Source of the DNA: an uncultured Bacilli bacterium
GTDB taxonomy: Bacteria; Bacillota_I; Bacilli_A; RF39; UBA660
DNA length: 64,000 nt
Assembly: GCA_947625505.1 (NCBI GenBank)
Contig: CANQON010000003.1
Location: 35,571 to 99,570 of the forward strand
Direction of reading: 5' to 3'
In this document: positions 46,915 through 55,567 of the stretch, one piece after another
How the letters are laid out: each line of letters starts with the position of its first letter
How positions within the stretch are numbered: the first letter of the stretch is position 1
Translations under genes and position numbers: made by a program
Notes under the pieces: model-generated
What the model saw: the letters and a program-made list of their open reading frames with translations, nothing else
The model's database searches: none
Told to the model about the DNA's origin: nothing

Positions 46915-47319
46915 ATGAAAAAATATTTAAGTTATGTTATTGTTATTTGCATTTGTTTGTTTGCTTGTTGCTATAATGTTAATGCTTTTACTTGTGAAGC
47001 TTTTAATGGAGTAAATATAGATGATCAGTTGGCTTTAATAACAAAAAATGTTATACTTATATTGCAATTACTAGTACCTATAATTTTAGTTGTTATAGGA
47101 TTAGTAGATTTGGTCAAAGGAATATCTGCTCAAAAAGAGGATGAAATTAAGAAAGGTCAACAAGTTTTTGTTAAAAGATTAATTGCTGCAGTTATTGTAT
47201 TCTTTGTAATAGCAATTGTAAAATTTGTTATAAGTGCTGTGGCAGGAGGATCATCAAGTTCCATAATGAGTTGTGCTAATTGTTTTATTAAAGGTGCCGA
47301 TGATCAAAATTGTAAATAG
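46915..47319 (+). CDS. Family member C: minimal form (134 aa)
   Basis: Signal peptide ends NVNA/F. Module: VPIILVVIGLVDLVKGISAQKEDEIKKGQQVFVKRLIAAVIVFFVIAIVKFVISAVAG...CANCF. Confidence 0.7.
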   Translation: MKKYLSYVIVICICLFACCYNVNAFTCEAFNGVNIDDQLALITKNVILILQLLVPIILVVIGLVDLVKGISAQKEDEIKKGQQVFVKRLIAAVIVFFVIAIVKFVISAVAGGSSSSIMSCANCFIKGADDQNCK

Positions 47320-47330
47320 GAGGATTATGT

Positions 47331-47780
47331 ATGAAACAAAAAAAGATTGTATTATTAATATTAGTTGCTGTGATTAGCTTATTTGCTTTACAAACTAATG
47401 TATATGCAGATGTATATTGTTCAATTGTGCCTGATGCTGTTATTGATGATTCTATTGCTGATGCTGTGCATACCATTATTAGAATCATTCAAATTGCTGT
47501 ACCAATTATTTTAGTTGTACTTGGTATGATTGATTTCCTTAAAGCATTAATGGCTCAAAAGGAAGATGAAATTAAAAAAGGTCAACAAATTTTTATTAAA
47601 AGAGCTATTGCTGCAATTATCGTTTTCTTTGTAATAGCAATTGTAAAGTTTGTTATAAGTGCTGTTGCTGGAACTGATAGTAGTGATATTATTAATTGTG
47701 CTAATTGCTTTATAGAAGGATCAAACTCTCCTTCATGTCAATCTACAAGTAGTGGCGATGCTGATGCTGATACAATGTAG
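47331..47780 (+). CDS. Family member D: minimal form (149 aa)
   Basis: Signal peptide ends NVYA/D. Module: VPIILVVLGMIDFLKALMAQKEDEIKKGQQIFIKRAIAAIIVFFVIAIVKFVISAVAG...CANCF. A 41-nt stretch at 47625..47665 is 40/41 identical to 47200..47240 in member C. Confidence 0.7.
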   Translation: MKQKKIVLLILVAVISLFALQTNVYADVYCSIVPDAVIDDSIADAVHTIIRIIQIAVPIILVVLGMIDFLKALMAQKEDEIKKGQQIFIKRAIAAIIVFFVIAIVKFVISAVAGTDSSDIINCANCFIEGSNSPSCQSTSSGDADADTM

Positions 47781-47796
47781 TTAATGGAGTGATTAA

Positions 47797-48987
47797 ATGA
47801 AAAAGATAAATAAAAAACCTCTTATAATAATTGGTGGATTATTTGGCGTTATTATTTTAATAATTATTATTGTAGCGTTAGTGCGTTCATGTGGTGGGCC
47901 AGGTTCTAACTATGAAAAAACAGAAAGGGCAATGGTAACAGCTGCCTCTAAATATTTTAATCAAGAGGGTAATTTTTTACCTAATGAATTTGAAAGTAAA
48001 GAGGTATCAGCTGTAGAATTAGCTTCTTCTGGAGCTATGAAACCTTTATCTGAGCAATTAAAAGATGCTACATGTACTGGTAGTGTTAAAGTATATAATC
48101 AAGGTGGTCAGTATTTATATTTACCTATACTTAATTGTACGGAATATAAAACACAATTATTAAAAGATAAAATTATTTCTGATAATATGGTTGAGAGTAC
48201 ATCAGTAAGTGATACTACTGATGAGGTAACTGATGAGAGTACTTCTGTTGATGAAGAAACAACTAGTAGTGAAAACCAAACCGATAATGAAGATAATAAT
48301 TATACTTCTGGACTTTATCAAGTAGAAAGTAATTATGTTTTCAGAGGAAAAAATCCAAATAATTATTTATCATTTGGTGGTATCATTTGGAGAATAATTG
48401 ATATTGATGCTAATGGATTAATTAGAGCTATCAAAAATGAATCTGAAACACGTGCTATTTATTGGGATACCAAATTTAATTCTGATGCTAGTAAGGCATA
48501 TGGAATAAATGATTATAAAAATAGCTATATTTTAGAAACAATGAATAATGAATATCAAAAATTTAAAGATGAAAACAAACTTCATTTAGCGCCATTTAGT
48601 GTTTGTATTGGAAAAAGAGATGCCAATGATTTAAGAATTGATTATAGTATTGATTGTGCTGAAACATTAGAGAATCAATATATTGGAATTATTGATAGTT
48701 CTGATTTTTCAAGAGCTTCATTAGATAGAAATTGTACTAAAATAACTAATGGGGCATGTACAAACTATAATTATCTAACAAATGTAACTGGTGAAACTTG
48801 GACTTCAACAGGATTAACTAGAAATACATATGAGGTTATTTATATCAATGGTGGCATTGCTGCTGCTATGAATGCGCGTAGGACAGCTAACTATAATTGG
48901 GTAATAGCTTTCCAGGGCGAAGAAAAATATATTTCTGGCGATGGAACAATTTCAAATCCTTATTTAATTGGTTCTAATGCTAGTTAG
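47797..48987 (+). CDS. N-terminally anchored extracytoplasmic protein (396 aa), function unknown
   Basis: TM segment LIIIGGLFGVIILIIIIVALV, an acidic Ser/Thr/Asp/Glu linker, and a Cys-containing C-terminal domain ending GDGTISNPYLIG. Confidence 0.5.
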   Translation: MKKINKKPLIIIGGLFGVIILIIIIVALVRSCGGPGSNYEKTERAMVTAASKYFNQEGNFLPNEFESKEVSAVELASSGAMKPLSEQLKDATCTGSVKVYNQGGQYLYLPILNCTEYKTQLLKDKIISDNMVESTSVSDTTDEVTDESTSVDEETTSSENQTDNEDNNYTSGLYQVESNYVFRGKNPNNYLSFGGIIWRIIDIDANGLIRAIKNESETRAIYWDTKFNSDASKAYGINDYKNSYILETMNNEYQKFKDENKLHLAPFSVCIGKRDANDLRIDYSIDCAETLENQYIGIIDSSDFSRASLDRNCTKITNGACTNYNYLTNVTGETWTSTGLTRNTYEVIYINGGIAAAMNARRTANYNWVIAFQGEEKYISGDGTISNPYLIGSNAS

Positions 48988-48994
48988 TAATTTA

Positions 48995-49023
48995 TTGACA
49001 AAGATTGACAGTTATAGTATAAT
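48995..49023 (+). promoter_or_regulatory. Consensus promoter TTGACA-17-TATAAT
   Basis: TTGACA at 48995..49000, exact 17-nt spacer, TATAAT at 49018..49023, 26 nt before the ATG of member E. Confidence 0.8.
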
Positions 49024-49049
49024 CGATTTAAGAGAGAGGGATGTGTTAA

Positions 49050-49454
49050 ATGCTTAATATGATTAATGTTTTGGATACTATTAATACTAAGTCTACATAT
49101 ACTTGTGGTAGTGCTGGTATTGAATTTGGTGGAATGCTTCCAAATGCTGTATCTCTTATAATTAAGGCTATTTGGATTATTGTACCAATACTTTTAGTTA
49201 TTTTTGGTTTATTAGATCTTGCTAAAGCTGTTATGGCTCAAAAGGAAGATGAAATCAAAAAAGGACAACAAACTTTAATTAAGCGTGTTATTGCTGCAGT
49301 TATAGTATTCTTTGTAATTTTCATCGTTCAAACAGTTGTAAGATTTGTTTCAGGTGAAGATGATACCGTAATGAGTTGCTTCAATTGCTTTGTTAATGGC
49401 GAAGTAGGAAATAATGGATGTAGCTTAGTTCAAGGAAACTCTGCAGGATTATAA
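49050..49454 (+). CDS. Family member E: monocistronic, no classical signal peptide (134 aa) - candidate major subunit
   Basis: Module: VPILLVIFGLLDLAKAVMAQKEDEIKKGQQTLIKRVIAAVIVFFVIFIV...CFNCF. Flanked by a consensus promoter and a strong terminator. Confidence 0.7.
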   Translation: MLNMINVLDTINTKSTYTCGSAGIEFGGMLPNAVSLIIKAIWIIVPILLVIFGLLDLAKAVMAQKEDEIKKGQQTLIKRVIAAVIVFFVIFIVQTVVRFVSGEDDTVMSCFNCFVNGEVGNNGCSLVQGNSAGL

Positions 49455-49462
49455 TATTGGTG

Positions 49463-49492
49463 AAAAAACTATTTATTTAATAGTTTTTTTTT
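49463..49492 (+). terminator. Intrinsic terminator after member E
   Basis: AAACTATT-TATTT-AATAGTTT followed by a T-run. A possible extended -10 TGTTATAAT (49492..49500) for the next gene follows immediately. Confidence 0.75.
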
Positions 49493-49533
49493 GTTATAAT
49501 ATTGATAGTAGATTGTCTAATTAGAGGTGGATT

Positions 49534-50688
49534 ATGCATAAAAAAAGTTTTTGGACTTTATTGATGTTTTTTGTTATGTTTTTTATTAGTATAAATAAAG
49601 TAGAAGCAACTGCTTTTAAGTGTGTTTATGGAATTGATAGCGGTTCAGGATGGGAAAAAAAACTTACTTTTTCTATTGATGACGTAAATGGCTTCAAAAA
49701 TGAACATATCGAAGAACCTGACTCTCCAATTATTTCAGATTTTTATATTGTTGATTTTGAATCTGTTGATAATGAAGATTATAATTATATAGGATATGAT
49801 GATGATTCGATTTTTACAGTTAAAGATAAGTTTGAATTTTATGTTTCTTTATACCCAAATAAAACGGCTTATAATATGTTGATGGAAAGAAGTGGAAAAG
49901 AAAGATGCCCTTCAGTATTACATTATACGATAAGATCTGAAGTTGGAGCTATTCATAATGCTTGGCAATACTATATTAAAATTTTTAATGATTCGTTAGA
50001 TGAACCAGATGAACATTTTTCGTGGTGGAGAAGAAAAACTGGAGAATTAGATGCTGATATTAAAAATAAATTTTCTGTTTCTTTTGATCCAGAAGGATAT
50101 TTTGTGGAAGAATCTGTAAAAGATAAAAAATTAGAGGATTTAGTTGATAATCGTGATTGTATGACATATTCATATGCAATTCAAGGAATAAGAACAGCGG
50201 CTGAAAGTAACGAGACAGGCTGCGATAATAATATTGAATTTAATAAAATATATTCTGAAATTGAATTGATGTGTGAAAACTATCGAGCTACGGCATTATA
50301 TGCGGAGGATAGTAATTCATCTGTAGTAGCAAAGTCTTGTAGTAAAGCTTGCAGTATGCTTAAAGATGATGTTGCTGAAATTTGTCAAGTAGATGCAACA
50401 AATGGATATTGTGGATCTCTTGGAAATAAAATTGTCAACTGGATTTTTAGAATGGTTAGAATAGTTAGATATGCATTACCTGCTTTATTAATTATTTTAA
50501 GTATTCTAGATTACATTAAAGCACTTGCTTCTGATAGTGAAGATGAAATGAAGAAAGTAACTAATAGATTTGTAAAGAGACTTATTGCTGCAGCTATTGT
50601 ATTTATAGTACCTTTCATCTTAGACTTTGTATTAAATATATTCAGTATTCCAGGCTTGAATGCTGATAATCCATTTTGCGCTGAATAA
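49534..50688 (+). CDS. Family member F: large Cys-containing variable domain + divergent TM-hairpin module
   Basis: Signal peptide ends KVEA/T. Module: LPALLIILSILDYIKALASDSEDEMKKVTNRFVKRLIAAAIVFIVPFILDF...FCAE. Confidence 0.6.
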   Translation: MHKKSFWTLLMFFVMFFISINKVEATAFKCVYGIDSGSGWEKKLTFSIDDVNGFKNEHIEEPDSPIISDFYIVDFESVDNEDYNYIGYDDDSIFTVKDKFEFYVSLYPNKTAYNMLMERSGKERCPSVLHYTIRSEVGAIHNAWQYYIKIFNDSLDEPDEHFSWWRRKTGELDADIKNKFSVSFDPEGYFVEESVKDKKLEDLVDNRDCMTYSYAIQGIRTAAESNETGCDNNIEFNKIYSEIELMCENYRATALYAEDSNSSVVAKSCSKACSMLKDDVAEICQVDATNGYCGSLGNKIVNWIFRMVRIVRYALPALLIILSILDYIKALASDSEDEMKKVTNRFVKRLIAAAIVFIVPFILDFVLNIFSIPGLNADNPFCAE

Positions 50689-50708
50689 AGAATGGGGATT
50701 GATATTAT

Positions 50709-52871
50709 ATGGAATTTGTAATTGATACAATTAGAATGCTATTCTTTTCCATAGATAAAATTGTTTATGGTTTGATAGATGATGTATATTCTTTATTGTT
50801 ACAGCTTGCTAGAACATCTATTTTCTCTCAAAGTGCTATTCATCAATTTTCAGAAAGAGTATATGCACTTGTTGGAATATTTATGCTATTTAAAGTTTCT
50901 GTATCATTGATTAATTATGTATTAAATCCAGATGATTTTACAGATAAAGATAAGGGATTTTCATCTATTGTTAAACACGTTATATTAGCTTTAGTTTTGA
51001 TTGTTTTAGTACCTTACATATTTAACGAAGCTTTTGAATTACAATCAATAATTTTAGAGGAAAATACAATTATGAATGTTGTATTTGGATCTCCTGCAAG
51101 TAGAGATTCCTCTATGCCTAAGACATCTAATAGTAGTTATGCAGAGTCGGCGGGGCAAAAAATTCAGTTTACTGTGGCTTATGCTTTTGCTCAACCAAAT
51201 TATGAAGAATTTTTTAATGATAGTAAATATGACTTAGCAGATTGCCAGGAAACATATGACACTATACCTAGTGGTCAAGAAGGTGCTGGAGATTACAAAT
51301 TTAGGCAAAAACCAACTTTTGGATCTGAATCTGGAGGAAAATCACAATTTATATATGAATTAAGGCCTTCATGCTGGGGGGTATATGATTCTGAATCTGA
51401 TACATATTCAGCTGATGGAGAGAATGGACAGTTAGCTTCATTGTTTGAAGATAATGATTATGAAATTATATATCAAAACTATGCTCAAGGAGTTGCTCAG
51501 CAAAGTTTTAATATGTTCTTTATTAAAGACGTTATGAGAGCTAAAGAGCAGGGGGTAGAAAATGCTAGATATTTAGTTAACTATAAATTTGGAATTAGTA
51601 CAGCAGTAGGAGTTGGAGTAATTTATTTACTATTAATGTTCTGTATTGATATCGCTGTACGATCAGTTAAATTAGGCTTCTTACAAATGATAGCGCCTAT
51701 TCCAATTCTATCTTATGTTGATCCTAAATCAGGTAAAGATGGAATGTTCAAAAAATGGACAGATATGTGTGTAAAAACTTATTTGGAATTATTCATGAGA
51801 TTATTTGCTCTATATTTTGGCATTTATGTTATTAGTTTAGTAGGAACATTTAGAGATGTTGTTACTGGTGAAATAGTGTCAGGTTGGACAGTTTCAATCT
51901 TTATGATTATTGGTATTTTAATCTTTGTTAAAAAATTACCAGAAATTCTTAAAGAAGTTCTTAATATTAAATCTGATGGCAAATTTACATTTAATCCACT
52001 TAAAAAACTTGAAAATGATGCTATTGGAGGTAAATTCTTAGCTGGTGCTGGTAAAAAAGCAGTAGGATTAGCTAAAGGTGTTGGAGCAGCTGGACTTGTT
52101 GGTACAGCAGGCTTAGTGACTGGACAAGGTTTCAGATTAGGTGCGATGGGTAAAGCTGTTGCAGGTGGATTTAGAGGAGATAAATTTGGTAAAAACTTTG
52201 CATCTTCTTATGGAGCTGCACGTGCACGTAGAAAACAAATAGATGAAATGCGTGATGATGGAGTTAGTCCATTGGCAGTTGAATTAGAAAAAGCTAGAAA
52301 TGTCTTTAGAGGACAATCTCCTGCTGAACATATTAAGGCTGTTAGCGGTGGCTTAAAAGCCATTCAAGATGATTATGCACAATATGAAAAAGTTGCAGCA
52401 GGCGTAGATAAAATAGCTAAGGATCTTGATAAACGTCGTAAAGCTGCAGAAGCTGCTGGTGATTATGAAGCAACTAAAAAATGGTCTGATGCATTTGATG
52501 CTCGTGTAAAACAAATTGCACAAAACAAAGGTCGTATTGTAACTAATAGTGAAGGATTTACTATTAATGAGCATGCAAGAAAGCCAGAAGATATGTTTTC
52601 ATTTACTGCAGATGCAACTTATGCTGATAACGCTGCATTACAGAACTTAGCTAGTCATATGGCTGGCCTTGCTAGTGAAATGAATAAAAATGCTGCACAT
52701 ATGGATGGATACCAACGTGTTGAGGTTGAAAAGACAGCCGATGGCGGATTGGTTAACATTAAGGATGTTAAGAATCAGGCACAAGGCTCTCAACAATCTA
52801 TCGATACCAATGCTGCTACACGTCATGCAAACGATATGGACAAATATACAGGTGGAACGAAAAAGAAATAA
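50709..52871 (+). CDS. VirB6/TrbL-like polytopic membrane protein with Gly/Ala/Lys-rich and charged C-terminal tail
   Basis: Multiple TM segments in the first ~430 aa. The Gly-rich segment GGKFLAGAGKKAVGLAKGVGAAGLVGTAGLVTGQGF follows. Position is between pilin-like genes and VirB3/VirB4, as for VirB6. Confidence 0.45.
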   Translation: MEFVIDTIRMLFFSIDKIVYGLIDDVYSLLLQLARTSIFSQSAIHQFSERVYALVGIFMLFKVSVSLINYVLNPDDFTDKDKGFSSIVKHVILALVLIVLVPYIFNEAFELQSIILEENTIMNVVFGSPASRDSSMPKTSNSSYAESAGQKIQFTVAYAFAQPNYEEFFNDSKYDLADCQETYDTIPSGQEGAGDYKFRQKPTFGSESGGKSQFIYELRPSCWGVYDSESDTYSADGENGQLASLFEDNDYEIIYQNYAQGVAQQSFNMFFIKDVMRAKEQGVENARYLVNYKFGISTAVGVGVIYLLLMFCIDIAVRSVKLGFLQMIAPIPILSYVDPKSGKDGMFKKWTDMCVKTYLELFMRLFALYFGIYVISLVGTFRDVVTGEIVSGWTVSIFMIIGILIFVKKLPEILKEVLNIKSDGKFTFNPLKKLENDAIGGKFLAGAGKKAVGLAKGVGAAGLVGTAGLVTGQGFRLGAMGKAVAGGFRGDKFGKNFASSYGAARARRKQIDEMRDDGVSPLAVELEKARNVFRGQSPAEHIKAVSGGLKAIQDDYAQYEKVAAGVDKIAKDLDKRRKAAEAAGDYEATKKWSDAFDARVKQIAQNKGRIVTNSEGFTINEHARKPEDMFSFTADATYADNAALQNLASHMAGLASEMNKNAAHMDGYQRVEVEKTADGGLVNIKDVKNQAQGSQQSIDTNAATRHANDMDKYTGGTKKK

Positions 52872-52888
52872 AAAGGGTGTGATAAATA

Positions 52889-53218
52889 ATGAATGGATAT
52901 TTAATACCAGCCAATTCAAAAAAATCAATGTTAATATTTGGGCTATTTAATAAAAATGATTTAATTATATTTGGACTTGGTGTTGGTGTATCACTACTAC
53001 TTTTGATGTTATTACCAGTAGATGAGCTATTATATGCAATAATAGCCATCTCTCCTGGTATTATTACTGGGGTATTAGTTATACCGATACCTAACTATCA
53101 TAATATAAGAACAATAATTAGATTAGCCTATGAATTTTATACAACTAGACAGCAATTTGTATGGAAAGGTTGGTGCTTTAACGATGGCGACGAAACAAAA
53201 AAGCAAATATACAAATGA
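52889..53218 (+). CDS. VirB3-analogue (TcpE/PrgI-like) small two-TM protein
   Basis: 109 aa with two adjacent TM helices (LIIFGLGVGVSLLLLMLLPV / AIIAISPGIITGVLVIPIP). It overlaps the start of the VirB4 N-domain gene. Confidence 0.5.
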   Translation: MNGYLIPANSKKSMLIFGLFNKNDLIIFGLGVGVSLLLLMLLPVDELLYAIIAISPGIITGVLVIPIPNYHNIRTIIRLAYEFYTTRQQFVWKGWCFNDGDETKKQIYK

Positions 53219-53735
53219 TGATATTCCTGTAAAGAGTATTACTAATGGAGTAATATATCTAGAAGGTAAACAAAATTTAAAAGTAACTGGAGTAAAGATT
53301 ATGCCTAGAAATATCTTTATTCTTGATCCTAATATGCAGGATGCAATTATTAGTAATTTAAAAACTGTTTATAATGTAATTGATTATGAATTTTGGATTA
53401 TTGTTGCTGATAGACCTGTTGATATAAATGTTTATCTTTCAGAGTTAGAGCTTTTATATAATAGAACAACAGATCCTGCTAGAAGAAAAATTATTAATCA
53501 AGATTTAAGCAAAGCTAATATGTTTATGAATAACAATGTTGTTGATACTGAGTATTTCTTATTATTTAAAGAGCGTGATGATGATTTAATTAATAAGAGA
53601 ATTAGAAATTTAATTAACAATTTTGCTAATGCTGGTTTAACAGCATTTCAAACAACTAATGATGATTTAAGAATGATATTAGATAACTTCTTAAATGGTG
53701 GAGTTACTACTAATTTTGGGACGGTGTTATCATGA
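53184..53735 (+). CDS. VirB4-family N-terminal domain, encoded as a separate ORF
   Basis: IPVKSITNGVIYLEGKQNLKVTGVKIMPRNIFILDPNMQDAIISNLKTVYN resembles the N-terminus of Gram-positive VirB4/TraE/Orf16-type ATPases. ATGA overlap with the ATPase ORF. Start is taken at MATKQK. Confidence 0.55.
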   Translation: MATKQKSKYTNDDIPVKSITNGVIYLEGKQNLKVTGVKIMPRNIFILDPNMQDAIISNLKTVYNVIDYEFWIIVADRPVDINVYLSELELLYNRTTDPARRKIINQDLSKANMFMNNNVVDTEYFLLFKERDDDLINKRIRNLINNFANAGLTAFQTTNDDLRMILDNFLNGGVTTNFGTVLS

Positions 53736-55519
53736 TGGATATTAAAAGCCAAATAGCGCCTAAAGGCTTAGAGTTTAAACCCGCTGAATTTGTCATTAGT
53801 GACAAGTATGCAACAATATTAACAGTTATTAGTTATCCAAAATATATTTATCCAGGATATTTATCATCACTTACTTCTATGTCAGGAATTAAGCTTGTAA
53901 TCAAGCATATTCCTCTTCCTTTTAGTACAATTCAAAAAATGTTAAACAAGGAAATAGCTGATTTAAAGGTTAGATATCAAGAAGAAAATGATAGAACTAT
54001 TCAGGAAAGAATTAAACAAGATTATGCATCTTTGGAACAATTTGTTTCAGAGTTAGCTGCCTCACAAGCTAAAATATATGATTTTCAAATGCATATTATG
54101 ATTACTGCTAATTCTGAAGATGAATTAGTAATTAAGAAATTACAATTAAAGAATTATCTTGAAGCAATGGAGATGCGTGCTATTCCTCTTCGCTTTGAAC
54201 AAGATAAAGTATTAAAATCAATGCTTCCTATTTATGAGAAGCAAGAAATAGAAGATCGAATTGGTACTCCTATTCCAGCACCTACAATGGCTGCTATGTA
54301 CCCATTTATCTTTGATAGTATTAAAGACCCTGGACTATCTACTTTATTAGGCATAGATTTTTCAGGAGGAGTAATTCTATTTAATCAATTCTTATATCAA
54401 ATAAGAAAAGAGCATAATAGAAATAATGCTAATATGGTTATCCTAGGTACTTCTGGTAGTGGTAAATCTACAGCTGCTAAGTTACTCTTAAGAGCTCATA
54501 TTAGAAATAATTATCAATTAGTTGTTATCGACCCTGAAGGTGAACTAGAAGATATGTGTAACCTTTATGGTGGAGACTTCATTAGCCTTGGAAAAGGTGG
54601 ACAATTCGGTATGATTAACCCATTAGAGGTTGTCATGGATGTTGATGAAGAAGAAATTAAACAAGGTCTTGGATATACGACATTTACTAGAACAATTCAA
54701 TCAGTAAAAGCTTTCTTAAAATATTATGATCCTTCTATTGAAGAGGATGTTCTAAATATGTTTAGTGAAGTTGTTCAAGAAACCTATAGACGTTTCAATA
54801 TTAATTTTGATACGGATTTTACAAAGTTAACGGCTAGGGATTATCCAACATTCAAGGATGTTTATGCAACTATTAAAGGTAAATTATTATCTATGCCTGA
54901 AAGAACACAAGAGAGAGATATACTTGAAAAACTAGAATTAAAAATAAGACCAATTGTTAAAGAGTTAAGATATTACTTTGATGGACATACAACTATCACA
55001 ACTAATAGTGATTTTATAGTATTTAATATTAAAGAGTTAATGAATTCAGATGAAAATATACGTAATGCTTTATTCTTTAACGTATTAAAATATGCATGGA
55101 GTTTAACTCTTGATGTTAAAAAGAATACTGTTTTGACAGTTGATGAAGCTCATGTATTATTAAGTAATCAAAACGTATTAGGTGCAGATTTCTTAGCACA
55201 AATTCAAAGACGTGCAAGAAAATATAATACAGGTACAATAATTATTACACAACAACCTACAGATTTCTGTGATCCTGCTGTTATTACTCAAGGTAAAGCT
55301 ATATTTGATAATGCTTCTTATTACTTAGTAATGGGATTAAAGAAACAAGCTGCAACTGATTTAGCTCGTTTAATTGACTTAAATGAGAGTGAAATAGAGA
55401 GTATTAAAAAGTATGGTCAAGGAGAAGCTTTATTTGTATGTGGAAGCCGAAGAATGCGTATTAATGTTGTTGTAACTGATGAAGAATTAGATTCATTTGG
55501 TCGTGGAGGGGGACTATAA
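53732..55519 (+). CDS. VirB4-family T4SS ATPase (C-terminal ATPase part)
   Basis: Walker A ILGTSGSGKSTAAK, Walker B VLTVDEAHVLL, then IIITQQPTDF. The combined size with the preceding ORF is about 780 aa, typical of VirB4. Confidence 0.85.
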   Translation: MMDIKSQIAPKGLEFKPAEFVISDKYATILTVISYPKYIYPGYLSSLTSMSGIKLVIKHIPLPFSTIQKMLNKEIADLKVRYQEENDRTIQERIKQDYASLEQFVSELAASQAKIYDFQMHIMITANSEDELVIKKLQLKNYLEAMEMRAIPLRFEQDKVLKSMLPIYEKQEIEDRIGTPIPAPTMAAMYPFIFDSIKDPGLSTLLGIDFSGGVILFNQFLYQIRKEHNRNNANMVILGTSGSGKSTAAKLLLRAHIRNNYQLVVIDPEGELEDMCNLYGGDFISLGKGGQFGMINPLEVVMDVDEEEIKQGLGYTTFTRTIQSVKAFLKYYDPSIEEDVLNMFSEVVQETYRRFNINFDTDFTKLTARDYPTFKDVYATIKGKLLSMPERTQERDILEKLELKIRPIVKELRYYFDGHTTITTNSDFIVFNIKELMNSDENIRNALFFNVLKYAWSLTLDVKKNTVLTVDEAHVLLSNQNVLGADFLAQIQRRARKYNTGTIIITQQPTDFCDPAVITQGKAIFDNASYYLVMGLKKQAATDLARLIDLNESEIESIKKYGQGEALFVCGSRRMRINVVVTDEELDSFGRGGGL

Positions 55520-55567
55520 TTATCCTCCTCTTATTAAATATTAACTTGTTTGAAAGATGGTGTAAAA

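Noticed and set aside
45069-50688. Regularly recurring ~270-nt similar segments that could suggest a repeat array or CRISPR.
   Set aside because: The repeats are the coding C-terminal modules of paralogous genes in frame. They are far longer and more divergent than CRISPR repeats. No CRISPR-like short direct repeats or cas genes are visible anywhere in the window.
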